A stretch of DNA of 64,000 nt, from assembly GCA_947591045.1 (NCBI GenBank), contig CANQCV010000006.1:5953-69952 (forward strand), read 5' to 3'. Under the pieces are notes generated by a model that was given only the letters and a program-made list of their open reading frames with translations, was not told the origin of the DNA and searched no databases. The position numbers and the translations under genes are program-made. This DNA comes from an uncultured Clostridia bacterium. Its GTDB lineage: Bacteria; Bacillota; Clostridia; TANB77; CAG-508. Below are positions 1-10,307 of the stretch, one piece after another (the stretch's first letter is position 1; every line of letters starts with the position of its first letter).

Positions 1-545
1 TTATCTTTACCTGTAATTGTTACTTTTGATTTTATATCTTCTGGTATTGCCAAAATGTCTAAATTTTCTATTTCATTAGGTACTTCTATTTCATAATGCG
101 TTATATTACTATCAAATGATGGATACAGCATAATATCTCTTATAGCTAGGTTTTCTAAATTAGCATTTGCAAGTTCTTTATTTGCAGTCTTTGTTACATT
201 TATTTTATAGGTAGAAGTTTTAGTTTTATCTTCAGATGTTACTTGTATAATAATAGTATTTAAACCTTGTTTTAAATTCGTATTTCCCTTTATTGTAACT
301 TTTGATTTACTATTTTCTGGAATAGCTGTAACCTCTAAATTATTTATAAAATTATCTGCCACAAAATAATACTGTTTAATTTCTTTTTGAAAATCTGGGC
401 TAATTCCCTCTTTATTTAATCTCATAATTTTTAAATCAGTATTACTTGTGCTTGCATTTACATCTATTTTACTTTGCGCTAAAGCAACTGATTTTAAAGT
501 AATTATAATTATAATAAACATAACACATACTTTTGCAATTTTCAT
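1..545 (-). CDS. Secreted cadherin-like beta-sandwich repeat protein (runs off the window edge)
   Basis: Manual translation: ATG at 545 after GGTGGGA RBS; MKIAKVCVMF... signal peptide, then repeats of the type SPDFQKEIKQYY...LEVTAIPENSKSKVTIKGNTNLKQGLNTIIIQVTSED. Not in the ORF track because it is truncated. Confidence 0.75.
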   Translation of the reverse strand, partial: MKIAKVCVMFIIIIITLKSVALAQSKIDVNASTSNTDLKIMRLNKEGISPDFQKEIKQYYFVADNFINNLEVTAIPENSKSKVTIKGNTNLKQGLNTIIIQVTSEDKTKTSTYKINVTKTANKELANANLENLAIRDIMLYPSFDSNITHYEIEVPNEIENLDILAIPEDIKSKVTITGKD

Positions 546-561
546 TTTCTTCCCACCTTTA

Positions 562-2803
562 TTATTGTTCTATAAATTGTAATTCTAATATATGCCTTTG
601 CACATATAGTGTATCTAATGCTGATGGATTTTTACCATTTTTAAGAATATTTCCTGCTTTTAAAAATACACCTGATAACTTCTTTATTTCTAATATATGC
701 CTTTGCAATACAAGTAAATCTACCGCATTTATTTTTCCATCACCATTTACATCTCCATATAAAACAATATTATATTCCATAATTAATTTATTATCTTCTA
801 ATATTCTAATTTTTGATCCTGTTCCTGCTCGGTCTGTATCATTTAATAATTGTCCTTGACTGTTATATATTTGTACATCATAATCTGTAAAAATTTTTTC
901 TTTTATTTTTTCTACTGTCATTTCATTATCATTCCAACCAGAAATCTCATTTGCATATATCTTTAAACTTTCGTGAAACTTAAGCCTATTAGAATCAATT
1001 TTACCTACAACTGTGATATTAGCACTTTTTTGCAAATTATTATCATTAGTTTTTACTATTACTTTTGATGTTCCCTCTTGCTTTGCTGTAATCTTGCCTT
1101 GCAAATCTACTTCTATAACACTTTCGTCTTCTACACTATAGCTTACTTCTTTATTACTTGCATCTTCTGGCAAAACAGTAGTATTAACTACAAAACTTTC
1201 TCCTACTGGTAACATTAAATCTTCCACATTTAATAATATATCAGTTACAGGTGAATATACTTCTAAGCCTATTTTGCTTGATACATCATTGTCTTTTGCT
1301 TTCACAGTAAGTTCTACTTTTCCACCACGCACTCCCAAAACAGTTCCATGACTATCTACTTTTGCAATATTACTATTACTAGATGTATATAAAACGGTCT
1401 TGTTTTTTGCCTCTTCTGGCAATATTTCTACTTCAATATTTGCTGTTTCTCCTTTATTAATTACACTTTTATCAAGTTTTAAATTAATTTGTTCAATTTG
1501 TACTTTTGGCACTTCTTTTAAATAATTTTGAAAAGCATAGCCTACTATTCCATTAGAAAGCTGTACTCTATCCCATAACTCACCAGACTGTTTTCCTTTT
1601 GCAAGTCTTGTCATTTGTGTTCCTTTTGTAACACTTGTTATAGATTCATATGAAGTTCCGAGGGCCTGACCTAATATTTAAAGATGAATCTACATTTGCA
1701 TATACTTTTGTATTATCTTGTGTGTAGTCACTATCTAAAACACTTGGACTCTGCACAGGAATTTCTGGCATATTGTTATATATAGGTATCACAAAAGAAA
1801 TACCTCCTTGTAGAAGTCCAGTATTTACATAGCCATTATATATTAGTCTTGATTCGCTATATGGTGCTACTACATTTGTCATGTATTGATGCCAAAATAA
1901 ACTTGAACTACCTACTACATGAAATTTTTGTAAATATACTGTATCTTGTCCACTGTTTATATAGCTAGAGCCAATAAAAATAGCTCCTCCTGTAATTGCT
2001 TTTTCTTTTGTATTCCATGGAATTAAATATTTAGTCTTTACCTCTTGACTTGCACCTTTACCATCTTTTGCATATTGAAGTCCATTTTTTATTGCTCCCA
2101 TAACTTCAGATGAGCTTGTAGCACCTATGTTATAGAAATTATACAAGCCTTTGTATCCTGAAACATTTCCACTAATTGAACTATGTGATAAAAAAGGTCC
2201 AACCTCTTGTTTAATTCTTGATGCTAAATGGTAAGCACTTACTTTTGAAGTTTTTGCAGCAGATAAAATAAGGTCAGAATATTTACTAGTTGTTACTATA
2301 TTCTTTCCAGAACTATTTAAGTATTCTACTATCCTATTGTAAAACTCTGTTCCATAAAGTATTTTCTCTATTCCATCTTTATTATTTGTTTTTGAATTAT
2401 ATGACAATTCCTCAAACTGAAAAATGCGAGCATAGTTCAAAAAATTTCTTGGATCCATGCTATATTCAACAGCTCTTCTTGAAGAATCTACCCACCCTTT
2501 ATCTACTTCCACATTATACTCGCCTGATTTTGTATTTTTCCATTCTTTTGAATATGATTTTGGAACTAAATTTTTGCCAAATTTGTTTTCATTATCAATT
2601 ACATATTTCCAATCTAAACCTGTATATAGGGCTGTAAATTGCCAATTTGGATACTTTTTTTGCAATTCTTTTAAATATGCTTGATACTCCCAAGGGAAGT
2701 TTTTTATTCCCTGTTTTTTCTCTACAGCCATGCTTTTTATTGGAATAAATACAATAAAAAATATTATTAGAAAAATAAACTTTAATTTTTTTAACATAAT
2801 CAT
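562..2803 (-). CDS. Putative cell-wall hydrolase (glucosaminidase-like + SH3b + two Ig-like Big_2 + dockerin), about 746 aa, needs a +1 shift at CGG 1658-1660
   Basis: ORFs 1646..2803 and 562..1614 join when one C is skipped: LNIRSGP-[C]-GTSYESITSVTKGTQMTRL, an SH3b motif. GLYNFYNIGA and YMTN are glucosaminidase-like motifs; C-terminal GDVNGDGKINAVD is a dockerin motif. Confidence 0.8.
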
Positions 2804-2809
2804 TCCTTT

Positions 2810-3490
2810 CTAAATATTTGCCTGTTTTTCTATTGCTTTTACTACAAGTCTATTTTTAGAATAGTTTACACATGTAATAAGTGTTAATTCTCTTTGACCA
2901 TTTGTATTTTGTTCTAGTGGTTTTGTGTTTTGTGGTTTTACCTTGTAGATATCATAAATTTGATACTCTACAAGACCATTTGTATTATCAGTTAAATAAA
3001 CACTATCTCCTACTTTTAAATCAATCAAATGATTAAACATATTTTCTTTTTGGTAATTATGGCCTGCTATACAATAGTTTCCTACCTCATTTGCATCTGG
3101 TCCATAATATTTAGAAGCACATACCTTTAAGCCTGCTTTTGTATAATCTTGTAGTACATTTGTAGACAAATTAATTTCTGGTATTTCTAATCTACAATCT
3201 ACTTTATATCCTAAATATTTAGTAGATACTGGAGTAAGAGAAATTTCTATTTTGTTAGCTTTGGTATCCTCTATAATTTCTTGATTTACAAGACTTTGCA
3301 AATTATCATCTTCTGACTGCACCATGCGAATCTTTCCCTCTTTATAAATTCCATAAGTCATGTAAAATAAAATAGTGGCAATTGTTAAAAGAATAATATT
3401 TTGTAGTATCATAATAATATATTTTCGTCTTTGTTTGCTTTTTATATTTTTTCTTGTTTTTCTTCTATGACTTTGCATTTTTGCAATCAT
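2810..3490 (-). CDS. Sortase (class D/E-like), intact
   Basis: N-terminal TM helix, GNYCIAGHN, LTLITC and RLVV catalytic motifs. Confidence 0.9.
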   Translation of the reverse strand: MIAKMQSHRRKTRKNIKSKQRRKYIIMILQNIILLTIATILFYMTYGIYKEGKIRMVQSEDDNLQSLVNQEIIEDTKANKIEISLTPVSTKYLGYKVDCRLEIPEINLSTNVLQDYTKAGLKVCASKYYGPDANEVGNYCIAGHNYQKENMFNHLIDLKVGDSVYLTDNTNGLVEYQIYDIYKVKPQNTKPLEQNTNGQRELTLITCVNYSKNRLVVKAIEKQANI

Positions 3491-3541
3491 CTCCTTGTTA
3501 TGTAACCATCATTCTATAAAATTATAGAATGATGATGTTTG

Positions 3542-4537
3542 TTAGTTTTTCTTTTTTAAAACTACATATACAGCTGTTAATATAAAGATTGTTGGAATTA
3601 AATAAACATATGCTGTATTGCCTGTTTTAGGCATTGTTGTTGGCTTTTTGCTTTTATCTTTTTCTTTATTATCGTCTTTTGTCGTAACATTTGGGTCTTT
3701 TACATTAAGAGTTATTTTCTTTGTTGCTATAACTGTGTCATCTGTGTCCATATCAAGTACATTAAATGTAATTTCATATTTTCCTGCATGACTAAATAGT
3801 CCTCTTACATTCAATTCTCTTTTAGCATTTTTACCACCAAGAGAATCTCCCAGTTCATTTTCTTTCCATCCATCTGTAAAAATATCATGTTCTACACTTT
3901 CTAAATCTGTTGCCATAAGTGTTGCAGTAGCACCTTCTGGTTTTTCTACAGTTGCTGTTATTCTTGTATGCTCATAATGTTCACCCATAGCTGAACTTAC
4001 AACTAATTTCATGTCTTTTTCTGTTTTAATAGAAATGTCGCCAGTATAATTAAGATTTATATCATAAGGTTTATAGTCTGGATTTATAGTAATATTCTTT
4101 GTTTGCTCTGATATGTCATCATAAGTTTGTGTTTCTGGCTCTTTTCCTGATAATCCATTTGATGTTATTGTAAAAGTTGCTGAATTTGCTTCTTCTACTT
4201 CTTTTGCTTTAAATGTAGCAGACAAATTAGTACGAGTTTGTTCTCCTCCGTGGTCATCTGTATATGAAATAATTACTTTTTCACCATCATCATTTTTCTG
4301 TCCACCATCTACTGTTACTAATTCTAGCAAATCATGATCATATGCAATATGGAAAGCATAAGAAGCAAGTTCTGCTCCAAAATTAATTGTTAAAGTAACA
4401 TTTTCTCCTGATTTTACTGTATCTTTTGATGTTTCTACTATAAGACCGCTAAGTTGTTGATTTGCAAAAACTTGAGTACAAAATAAAGAACTAAATATAA
4501 TAGCTAAAATCACGATAACATTTACTATTTTTTTCAT
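3542..4537 (-). CDS. Cell-wall-anchored protein with N-terminal cohesin-like domain and MPKTG sorting signal
   Basis: GGAGG RBS before ATG 4537; signal peptide; cohesin-like V.SGENVTLTINF...F.IAYD.DLLELV; C-terminal MPKTG + TM + KKKN. Confidence 0.7.
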   Translation of the reverse strand: MKKIVNVIVILAIIFSSLFCTQVFANQQLSGLIVETSKDTVKSGENVTLTINFGAELASYAFHIAYDHDLLELVTVDGGQKNDDGEKVIISYTDDHGGEQTRTNLSATFKAKEVEEANSATFTITSNGLSGKEPETQTYDDISEQTKNITINPDYKPYDINLNYTGDISIKTEKDMKLVVSSAMGEHYEHTRITATVEKPEGATATLMATDLESVEHDIFTDGWKENELGDSLGGKNAKRELNVRGLFSHAGKYEITFNVLDMDTDDTVIATKKITLNVKDPNVTTKDDNKEKDKSKKPTTMPKTGNTAYVYLIPTIFILTAVYVVLKKKN

Positions 4538-4708
4538 AAAAAAACCTCCTTTTTTGTTTTTCAATAAATATTATGTCAGTCTTTTGCTTTATTATTTCAT
4601 GTTAATTTTGGACAAAAAGGAAATTTTTTTCAAAATCACTAGACTTTTTTATATATTTTGTGTATTATATTGTCAGTTGTATTTATTTAATAATTCGGAG
4701 GTAAACAA

Positions 4709-5068
4709 ATGTCAAAATCTATTAAAATATTTTCATTTATTCTAATCATTGTTGCAATATTAATTAACTTTTATAGCGTATATGCTACTGATATTAATAT
4801 GAATCTTACATCTAATGAAGCAGTACCAAATGAAGTAACAGCAGGTGATGTAAATACAGTTGATTTAGAAAGTTCTTTGACTGACAATACTGTGGCTCCT
4901 GATTTAGATGCTTCTTTAACAAGTCAAGAAGAAACAATTTCAGCATCTAGTGTAGGAACTCTTTCAGAACAAGGTTTAAGTCTTTCTAATATACTAAGCA
5001 TTTTGTTAATAACAGTTGGTGTTATTTTAATACTTCTTGCAATAGCTATTATTATAAGATTAAAATAA
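4709..5068 (+). CDS. Hypothetical membrane protein (signal peptide, acidic linker, C-terminal TM)
   Basis: GGAGG RBS; hydrophobic ends; followed by a terminator. Confidence 0.7.
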   Translation: MSKSIKIFSFILIIVAILINFYSVYATDINMNLTSNEAVPNEVTAGDVNTVDLESSLTDNTVAPDLDASLTSQEETISASSVGTLSEQGLSLSNILSILLITVGVILILLAIAIIIRLK

Positions 5069-5076
5069 TTTTTTTA

Positions 5077-5109
5077 AAAAAGCTCTTTGCTTACAGCAAA
5101 GGGCTTTTT
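5077..5109 (+). terminator. Intrinsic terminator
   Basis: AAAAAGCTCTTTGC-TTACA-GCAAAGGGCTTTTT hairpin. Confidence 0.75.
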
Positions 5110-5160
5110 ACATGCCCTTTTATTTGTTTTTTTGAAAATTTTTTGAAATTTTACATTTAT

Positions 5161-5190
5161 GAATAATTTATAAAATAAAAACGAATACTA
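5161..5190 (+). promoter_or_regulatory. Possible sigmaG/sigmaF-type sporulation promoter
   Basis: GAATA-N18-AATACTA upstream of the 5237 gene resembles GHATR-N18-CATACTA. Confidence 0.4.
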
Positions 5191-5236
5191 TTATCGAGAA
5201 AAATCTCTTTACTAAATTTTTAAAGGAGGTATCAAT

Positions 5237-5665
5237 ATGATGAAAAAAGTTTTTGCAATTTCAATTATTATGACTATTATTACTATTTTTTCTGTTTCTT
5301 ATACTTTTGCTGCAAATAATACAATGGACAATATAAAAAATGGAGTTAGAAATGTAGTAGGTGGAGCAGAAAACATGGTAGAGGGTGCTGGAAGTGCTAT
5401 TGGTAGCACAATAAGAGATGGAGTAAATACAGTTGGTAATGGTGCACAAAATACAATGGGTGCTATGACAGATGACAGAGGAGACGATGGTTATACTGCT
5501 ACAAGAACATCTTCAACAACTGGTACAGATGGTTCAAACAATGTAGCAAGAACTTTCACTTGGGTTGTTATAGGAATTACTGCTGTTGGCATTGTAGTTT
5601 TATTATGGTCTTATTTTAGACAAAACAATAAAAATGATCTTTACATTGATTCAAACAACAGATAG
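5237..5665 (+). CDS. Hypothetical membrane protein, Gly/Asn/Thr-rich, possibly sporulation-associated
   Basis: AAGGAGG RBS; signal peptide and C-terminal TM. Confidence 0.75.
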   Translation: MMKKVFAISIIMTIITIFSVSYTFAANNTMDNIKNGVRNVVGGAENMVEGAGSAIGSTIRDGVNTVGNGAQNTMGAMTDDRGDDGYTATRTSSTTGTDGSNNVARTFTWVVIGITAVGIVVLLWSYFRQNNKNDLYIDSNNR

Positions 5666-5670
5666 TTTTT

Positions 5671-5703
5671 GCAAGAGTTAGTAATTTTTTTACTAACTCT
5701 TGT
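5671..5703 (+). terminator. Intrinsic terminator
   Basis: GCAAGAGTTAGTA...TACTAACTCTTGT inverted repeat. Confidence 0.65.
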
Positions 5704-5771
5704 TATATTTTATATTTCATTATATAATAAATTTAGTTTATTGATAAAATATATTAGAGGGATATAAAAAT

Positions 5772-6231
5772 ATGGAAAAAAGAATAGTTTGTAATAACCC
5801 TGTAGCAAGGCATAATTATACTATAGAAGATACTATAGAGGCAGGAATTGTCCTTACTGGAACAGAAATAAAATCAATTAGAAGCGGAAAAGTTAATTTA
5901 AAAGATAGCTATGCAAATATAAAAAATGGTGAAGTATTTATTTATGGAATGCATATTAGTCCTTATGAACACGGAAATATATATAATAAAGATCCTTTAA
6001 GAACTCGAAAACTACTACTCACACATAAACAGATAAATAAACTAATTGGACTTATAAAACAAAAAGGATATTCTTTAGTACCAATGTCTTTATATTTTAA
6101 TGGAAATTTTTTAAAAATTGAACTTCGGCATTGGCAAAGGTAAAAAACTATATGATAAAAGAGAAGAAATGGCAAAAAAAGATGCTGAGATGCGAATAAG
6201 AAGACAAATGTTAGAAAAAAATCAAGTTTAA
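5772..6231 (+). CDS. smpB: SsrA-binding protein SmpB, 152 aa, needs a +1 shift at CGG 6126-6128
   Basis: [15 protein letters not shown] and RKLLL motifs. Frame 0 ends KIELRHWQR*; skipping C6126 gives [17 protein letters not shown]...[10 protein letters not shown], the conserved C-terminal tail. Confidence 0.92.
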
Positions 6232-6280
6232 TACATATAAAAAAACAATATAATTTTATTTATATTGTTTTTTTATACCT

Positions 6281-7210
6281 TTATATTTGATTGCTTGAAC
6301 CAAAAACATCTCTGATTTTATGTTGTACTGTTTGTTTTATTAAGTCTCTTGCAGGTGTTAGATATTTTCTTGGATCAAATGCAGATGGATCTTCTACAAA
6401 AATTTTACGAATTGCTCCTGTCATAGCTAGTCTTAAATCTGTATCTACATTTATTTTAGAAACTCCACTTATACTTGCCTCATATAACATTTCATCTGGT
6501 ACACCTTTTGCTCCTGGTATTTCTCCCCCATATTTATTACACATATCTACAAGTTCTGGAATAACAGTAGATGCTCCATGTAATACAATTGGAGTATTAG
6601 GTAGTTTTTCCTTTACTTTTTGCAAAATATCAAATCTTAATTTTGCATCACCTTTAAATTTATATGCACCATGACTTGTTCCTATAGCAATAGCTAGTGA
6701 ATCACATCCTGTTCTTTCTACAAACTCTTTTGCCTGTTCAGGATCAGTATACATTGCATCGCTACTTTCTACATTAACTTCATCCTCAATTCCAGCAAGT
6801 TTTCCAAGTTCAGCCTCTACTACTACTCCTTTTGAATGTGCATACTCTACTACCTTTTTAGTTAAATCAATATTTTCTTCAAAGTCATATTTAGAACCGT
6901 CTATCATAACAGATGAAAATCCATTATCAATACACATTTTGCATGTTTCAAAATCAGGTCCGTGATCCAAATGCAATGCAACAGGTATATCATGTTCATC
7001 TAATGATGCCTCCACCATCTTTTTTAGATATCCTATTCTTGCATATTTAATAGCACTAGAAGATGCTTGTAAAATAACTGGTGAATTTTCCTCTGCTGCT
7101 GCATCTACAATTCCTTGTATAAGCTCCATATTATTTACATTAAAAGCCCCTATTGCAAAATGTTTTTTCATAGACTTTTCAAACATGTCTTTTGTTGTTA
7201 CCAATGGCAT
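6281..7210 (-). CDS. fba: Fructose-1,6-bisphosphate aldolase, class II
   Basis: LHLDHG, AIGTSHGAYK, VLHGAS and KINVDTD motifs. Confidence 0.95.
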   Translation of the reverse strand: MPLVTTKDMFEKSMKKHFAIGAFNVNNMELIQGIVDAAAEENSPVILQASSSAIKYARIGYLKKMVEASLDEHDIPVALHLDHGPDFETCKMCIDNGFSSVMIDGSKYDFEENIDLTKKVVEYAHSKGVVVEAELGKLAGIEDEVNVESSDAMYTDPEQAKEFVERTGCDSLAIAIGTSHGAYKFKGDAKLRFDILQKVKEKLPNTPIVLHGASTVIPELVDMCNKYGGEIPGAKGVPDEMLYEASISGVSKINVDTDLRLAMTGAIRKIFVEDPSAFDPRKYLTPARDLIKQTVQHKIRDVFGSSNQI

Positions 7211-7284
7211 AAAAATTCCTCCTCTTTCTTTAGTGTATTTATTATATACTACTTTTTTTTAATATTCAACACCTTTATTTCCAT

Positions 7285-7326
7285 AAAACAGCATCGAACC
7301 AAAAATTTTTGGTTCGATGCTGTTTT
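7285..7326. terminator. Strong intrinsic terminator (perfect palindrome)
   Basis: AAAACAGCATCGAACCAAAAATTTTTGGTTCGATGCTGTTTT. Confidence 0.8.
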
Positions 7327-7335
7327 CTAGATTCT

Positions 7336-8754
7336 TTAGTCAAATTTGGTTGAAATTGTGCGAACTAACCCATATTGGTTAATCCGGAAGAAGTATTCTC
7401 TTCCTAAAATTCCAACATCTTTGGGTTCAAGTTCTTTCACAATGCGCTTAGCAAACTTTTCCTTGACATCTGGGTTTCCGTGATTTACCAAAACCAATTT
7501 CAGATTGCGAAATTGACTTAAAAACGCAATCATTTCATCAGCTTTAGCATGAGCAGAAAACTCAGTCGTATATTCGACTTTAGCTTTCTTTACTTTCATG
7601 ACAGAACCAACATCCACCACTTCATTATGTGGTGCGTCTTTTATTCTTCTGCCAAGTGATCCTTCCGTTACATATCCTGTAAATTGAATTAAAGCGTTTC
7701 TCCTAGAAATGTAATTAAGAATATACTGCCTTGCAGGTCCATAACTACCATTTCCGGAGCTTGACACTATAATCTTTTTATCAGGACTTGAAACTACTCT
7801 TGGTCGAACACTTTTGTCAACCCAGATTGTATTTTGTGGCATGAAGTTTCTCATTTTTGGTTTAATGTTTAAGCAATCACTCCTTAAATACTTTCTAGTA
7901 TAGATTTGTGCTAATTTACCATCAAAATAGATTGGTATTTGTGGATCCAATTTTCCTGTGTCCTGCATGTTTTTTAAGATATACAGAACTTCTTGAGCTC
8001 TTCCTAAAGAAAAAGCTGTACACACTGCTGTTCCATTGTAGTACATGCACTCATAAATGTTCTTTTCAAAGCAGTATGTAATTTCACTGGAATCCATTGT
8101 ACCATAGGTAGATTCTTGAACTATTGTTAATGGTAAATCACATACCCATTCTGGTAAACTCGGAACATCAAAGAACATGTTCTTGTTGTTATAATCTCCT
8201 GTAAAAAGAAGATTAATGTCGTCAAAGCCAACATAGCTAATTTGTACCAAGATTAGAGCAGCTCCCACCAAGTGTCCATTTGTGAAAAAAGTAACCTTTA
8301 TTCGATTGTCCACATAAATGGGAGTCTCATATTCGCAAGCACAAATCTGGCTAATAGCTCTGTCTTTGTCATCTTCCGAATACAGCGGATGGATATGATT
8401 TTTCTTTGCATCATTTTTTATAACTTTGCACGAATCTGTCAAAGCATCACCAATAAACTCACTCGTCCCCTTTGTCAAATAAATTTTCCCATTAAAACCT
8501 TTCTTTGATAGCAAGGGCAACCGTCCAATATGGTCGGCGTGATTGTGTGTGACAAGACAAAAATCAATGTCACTTGCATTAAACGGAAAAGTTCGATTAT
8601 ATTTTTCGCATTCCTCCTCTTGAAATAGTCCACAGTCAACAACAAATTTTGTTGTTTTACCGTCTGGATATTTTACAATCCCCAAATTAAGAGAACCAGT
8701 AACCCCTGATTGTACAGACATTAAGTCGACATAAGGAATCTGTCTCTTTGACAT
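7336..8754 (-). CDS. MBL-fold beta-CASP nuclease (YSH1/CPSF-like RNA-processing exonuclease family)
   Basis: VDCGLFQ, THNHADHIGRLP, GHLVGA, FTGD, ESTYG, FSLGRAQE, FSAHA and NHG motifs; two in-frame CGG codons (8521-8523, 7384-7386). Confidence 0.85.
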   Translation of the reverse strand: MSKRQIPYVDLMSVQSGVTGSLNLGIVKYPDGKTTKFVVDCGLFQEEECEKYNRTFPFNASDIDFCLVTHNHADHIGRLPLLSKKGFNGKIYLTKGTSEFIGDALTDSCKVIKNDAKKNHIHPLYSEDDKDRAISQICACEYETPIYVDNRIKVTFFTNGHLVGAALILVQISYVGFDDINLLFTGDYNNKNMFFDVPSLPEWVCDLPLTIVQESTYGTMDSSEITYCFEKNIYECMYYNGTAVCTAFSLGRAQEVLYILKNMQDTGKLDPQIPIYFDGKLAQIYTRKYLRSDCLNIKPKMRNFMPQNTIWVDKSVRPRVVSSPDKKIIVSSSGNGSYGPARQYILNYISRRNALIQFTGYVTEGSLGRRIKDAPHNEVVDVGSVMKVKKAKVEYTTEFSAHAKADEMIAFLSQFRNLKLVLVNHGNPDVKEKFAKRIVKELEPKDVGILGREYFFRINQYGLVRTISTKFD

Positions 8755-8821
8755 ATAGAACCCTCCTAAAATAAAATTTATTTAAGGTTTCTTCCAAAGA
8801 TATAAAATCTTTGATGAGCAT

Positions 8822-8850
8822 ATTATATAATGTTTTATTACATATTGCAA
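8822..8850 (-). promoter_or_regulatory. sigmaA promoter with an adjacent Spo0A-box-like site at 8856-8862
   Basis: TTGCAA-N17-TATAAT on the minus strand; TGTCGAA just upstream of the -35. Confidence 0.6.
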
Positions 8851-8866
8851 CATCTTTCGACAATTT

Positions 8867-9040
8867 TTAATGTTCTAAATTTTCATTTCTATAACTGCTA
8901 CACATAGATTCGTCAGATTGTTTTGTATTACATCCTATAATAGGTGTTACTATAATTTGCTCTAGTTCACACTGCTGATCTTGTGTATTGTTGTATTTAC
9001 AACTAGATACTGTACAATTTATTTTTTGATTTTTCTCCAT
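8867..9040 (-). CDS. Small Cys-rich DUF1540-like protein (57 aa)
   Basis: Manual translation: MEKNQKINCTVSSCKYN...QCELEQIIV...ESMCSSYRNENLEH; AAGGAGG RBS; CATACTA sporulation-type -10 upstream. Confidence 0.75.
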   Translation of the reverse strand: MEKNQKINCTVSSCKYNNTQDQQCELEQIIVTPIIGCNTKQSDESMCSSYRNENLEH

Positions 9041-9113
9041 AAAAAATAGCCTCCTTAAAATATTTTATATATTTAGTATGGCTATCTTTTCTTAAATTAT
9101 AAATTTTATTTTA

Positions 9114-9821
9114 CTATTTATCTTTAAGTTGTTTATTTTCTTCTTTTTCTATTAAATTACAATTTTTTGGATTTTGAAAACTCAAATACCAATTCATTCC
9201 ATTTTTATTTTTTTCAATTTCTTCATTTCTTTCTAATAAACCAGAAAATGTGTTTGGCGATGGTAAAATAACAGGCTCACAAGGCACCCAATTAGCAGGT
9301 GTCGAAACCTTATTTGCATCTGCAATTTGCAATGCTTGCAAAGCTCTTAATATTTCTGGTATACATCTTCCAACATTTAATGGATAAACTAAAATAAGTC
9401 TTACAATACCTTTATCATCTATTATATAAACATTTCTTACTGTTTCTGTACTACTTACATCATTTGATATCATTCCATATTTTCTAGCAATTTCACCACT
9501 TCTATCCGCAATAATAGGAAAAGGAACTCTTACGCCAGTTTTGCAATAAATATCATATACCCATGCTAAATGTGAACTATTTGAATCTACACTTAATCCA
9601 AGCAGGCAAGCATTTAATTGCTCAAAATATGTATTTGCTTTACTAAAAGCAATTATTTCTGTTGTACACACGGGGGTAAAATCTCCTGGGTGAGAAAAAA
9701 ATACCAGCCATTTTCCTTTATAATCATTTAAAGATATATTTCCCATTGTTGTTTGTGCATCAAACTCTGGTGCTCTTTGCCCTATTCTAACTGTTCCATT
9801 CATCATAATTTCGTAGTCCAT
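9114..9821 (-). CDS. Peroxiredoxin (AhpC/Prx6-like)
   Basis: FSHPGDFTPVCTTE, GRCIPEILR and TPANW motifs. Confidence 0.9.
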   Translation of the reverse strand: MDYEIMMNGTVRIGQRAPEFDAQTTMGNISLNDYKGKWLVFFSHPGDFTPVCTTEIIAFSKANTYFEQLNACLLGLSVDSNSSHLAWVYDIYCKTGVRVPFPIIADRSGEIARKYGMISNDVSSTETVRNVYIIDDKGIVRLILVYPLNVGRCIPEILRALQALQIADANKVSTPANWVPCEPVILPSPNTFSGLLERNEEIEKNKNGMNWYLSFQNPKNCNLIEKEENKQLKDK

Positions 9822-9913
9822 AAAATAAACTCCTCTCAATAATTTTGTATATATTATGAAACAAATCCCTTTTTGTTACTTTCTATTAATAATATCTTTT
9901 ATTTTATACACAT

Positions 9914-9949
9914 AAAAAGGACACGAAGATTTACTTCGTGCCCTTTTTT
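9914..9949 (-). terminator. Intrinsic terminator (paralogous to 11550-11587)
   Basis: AAAAGGACACGAAG-ATTTA-CTTCGTGCCCTTTT. Confidence 0.75.
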
Positions 9950-9954
9950 ATGAA

Positions 9955-10173
9955 TTACTTGGTTTTACTTTGAATCTCTATGCGCATTAGATACATCTGT
10001 TCACTAGGTAATTCAGGCTTAGCATATACTTGTACTTGTTCAAGGGTAAGTCCATTAACGAATCCCAGATAGATTTGCTCCTTTTGTAAGGCATCAAATA
10101 TCCCTCTGCACCTTTCTATAACCTCGTTAATAACTTCTTTTTCTTCGTCTGTTAAAATAAACCGTTCGTTCAT
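9955..10173 (-). CDS. Small hypothetical helical-repeat protein (paralog of 11587..12006)
   Basis: GAAAGGAG RBS, ATG 10173; EQI.LG..NGLT.EQVQVYAK...QM motif; CGG at codon 4. Confidence 0.7.
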   Translation of the reverse strand: MNERFILTDEEKEVINEVIERCRGIFDALQKEQIYLGFVNGLTLEQVQVYAKPELPSEQMYLMRIEIQSKTK

Positions 10174-10248
10174 TTGTCTGTCTCCTTTCAAATTATTGTT
10201 GTGGAGTGTTAGTAGCTACTTTTGCTACCTTCTACATAAGACTTATTC

Positions 10249-10277
10249 ATTATATAATATTTACTTATACTTGTCAA
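10249..10277 (-). promoter_or_regulatory. Consensus sigmaA promoter
   Basis: TTGACA-N17-TATAAT. Confidence 0.75.
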
Positions 10278-10307
10278 TTATGTTGACTTTACTTGCCTGC
10301 TACAAGA

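Noticed and set aside
5808..6008. Same behaviour at other rare Arg codons (AGG, CGA)
   Set aside because: In-frame AGG (5808-5810) and CGA (6006-6008) in smpB, and AGG in the autolysin NIRSG motif, are read through without a frame change.
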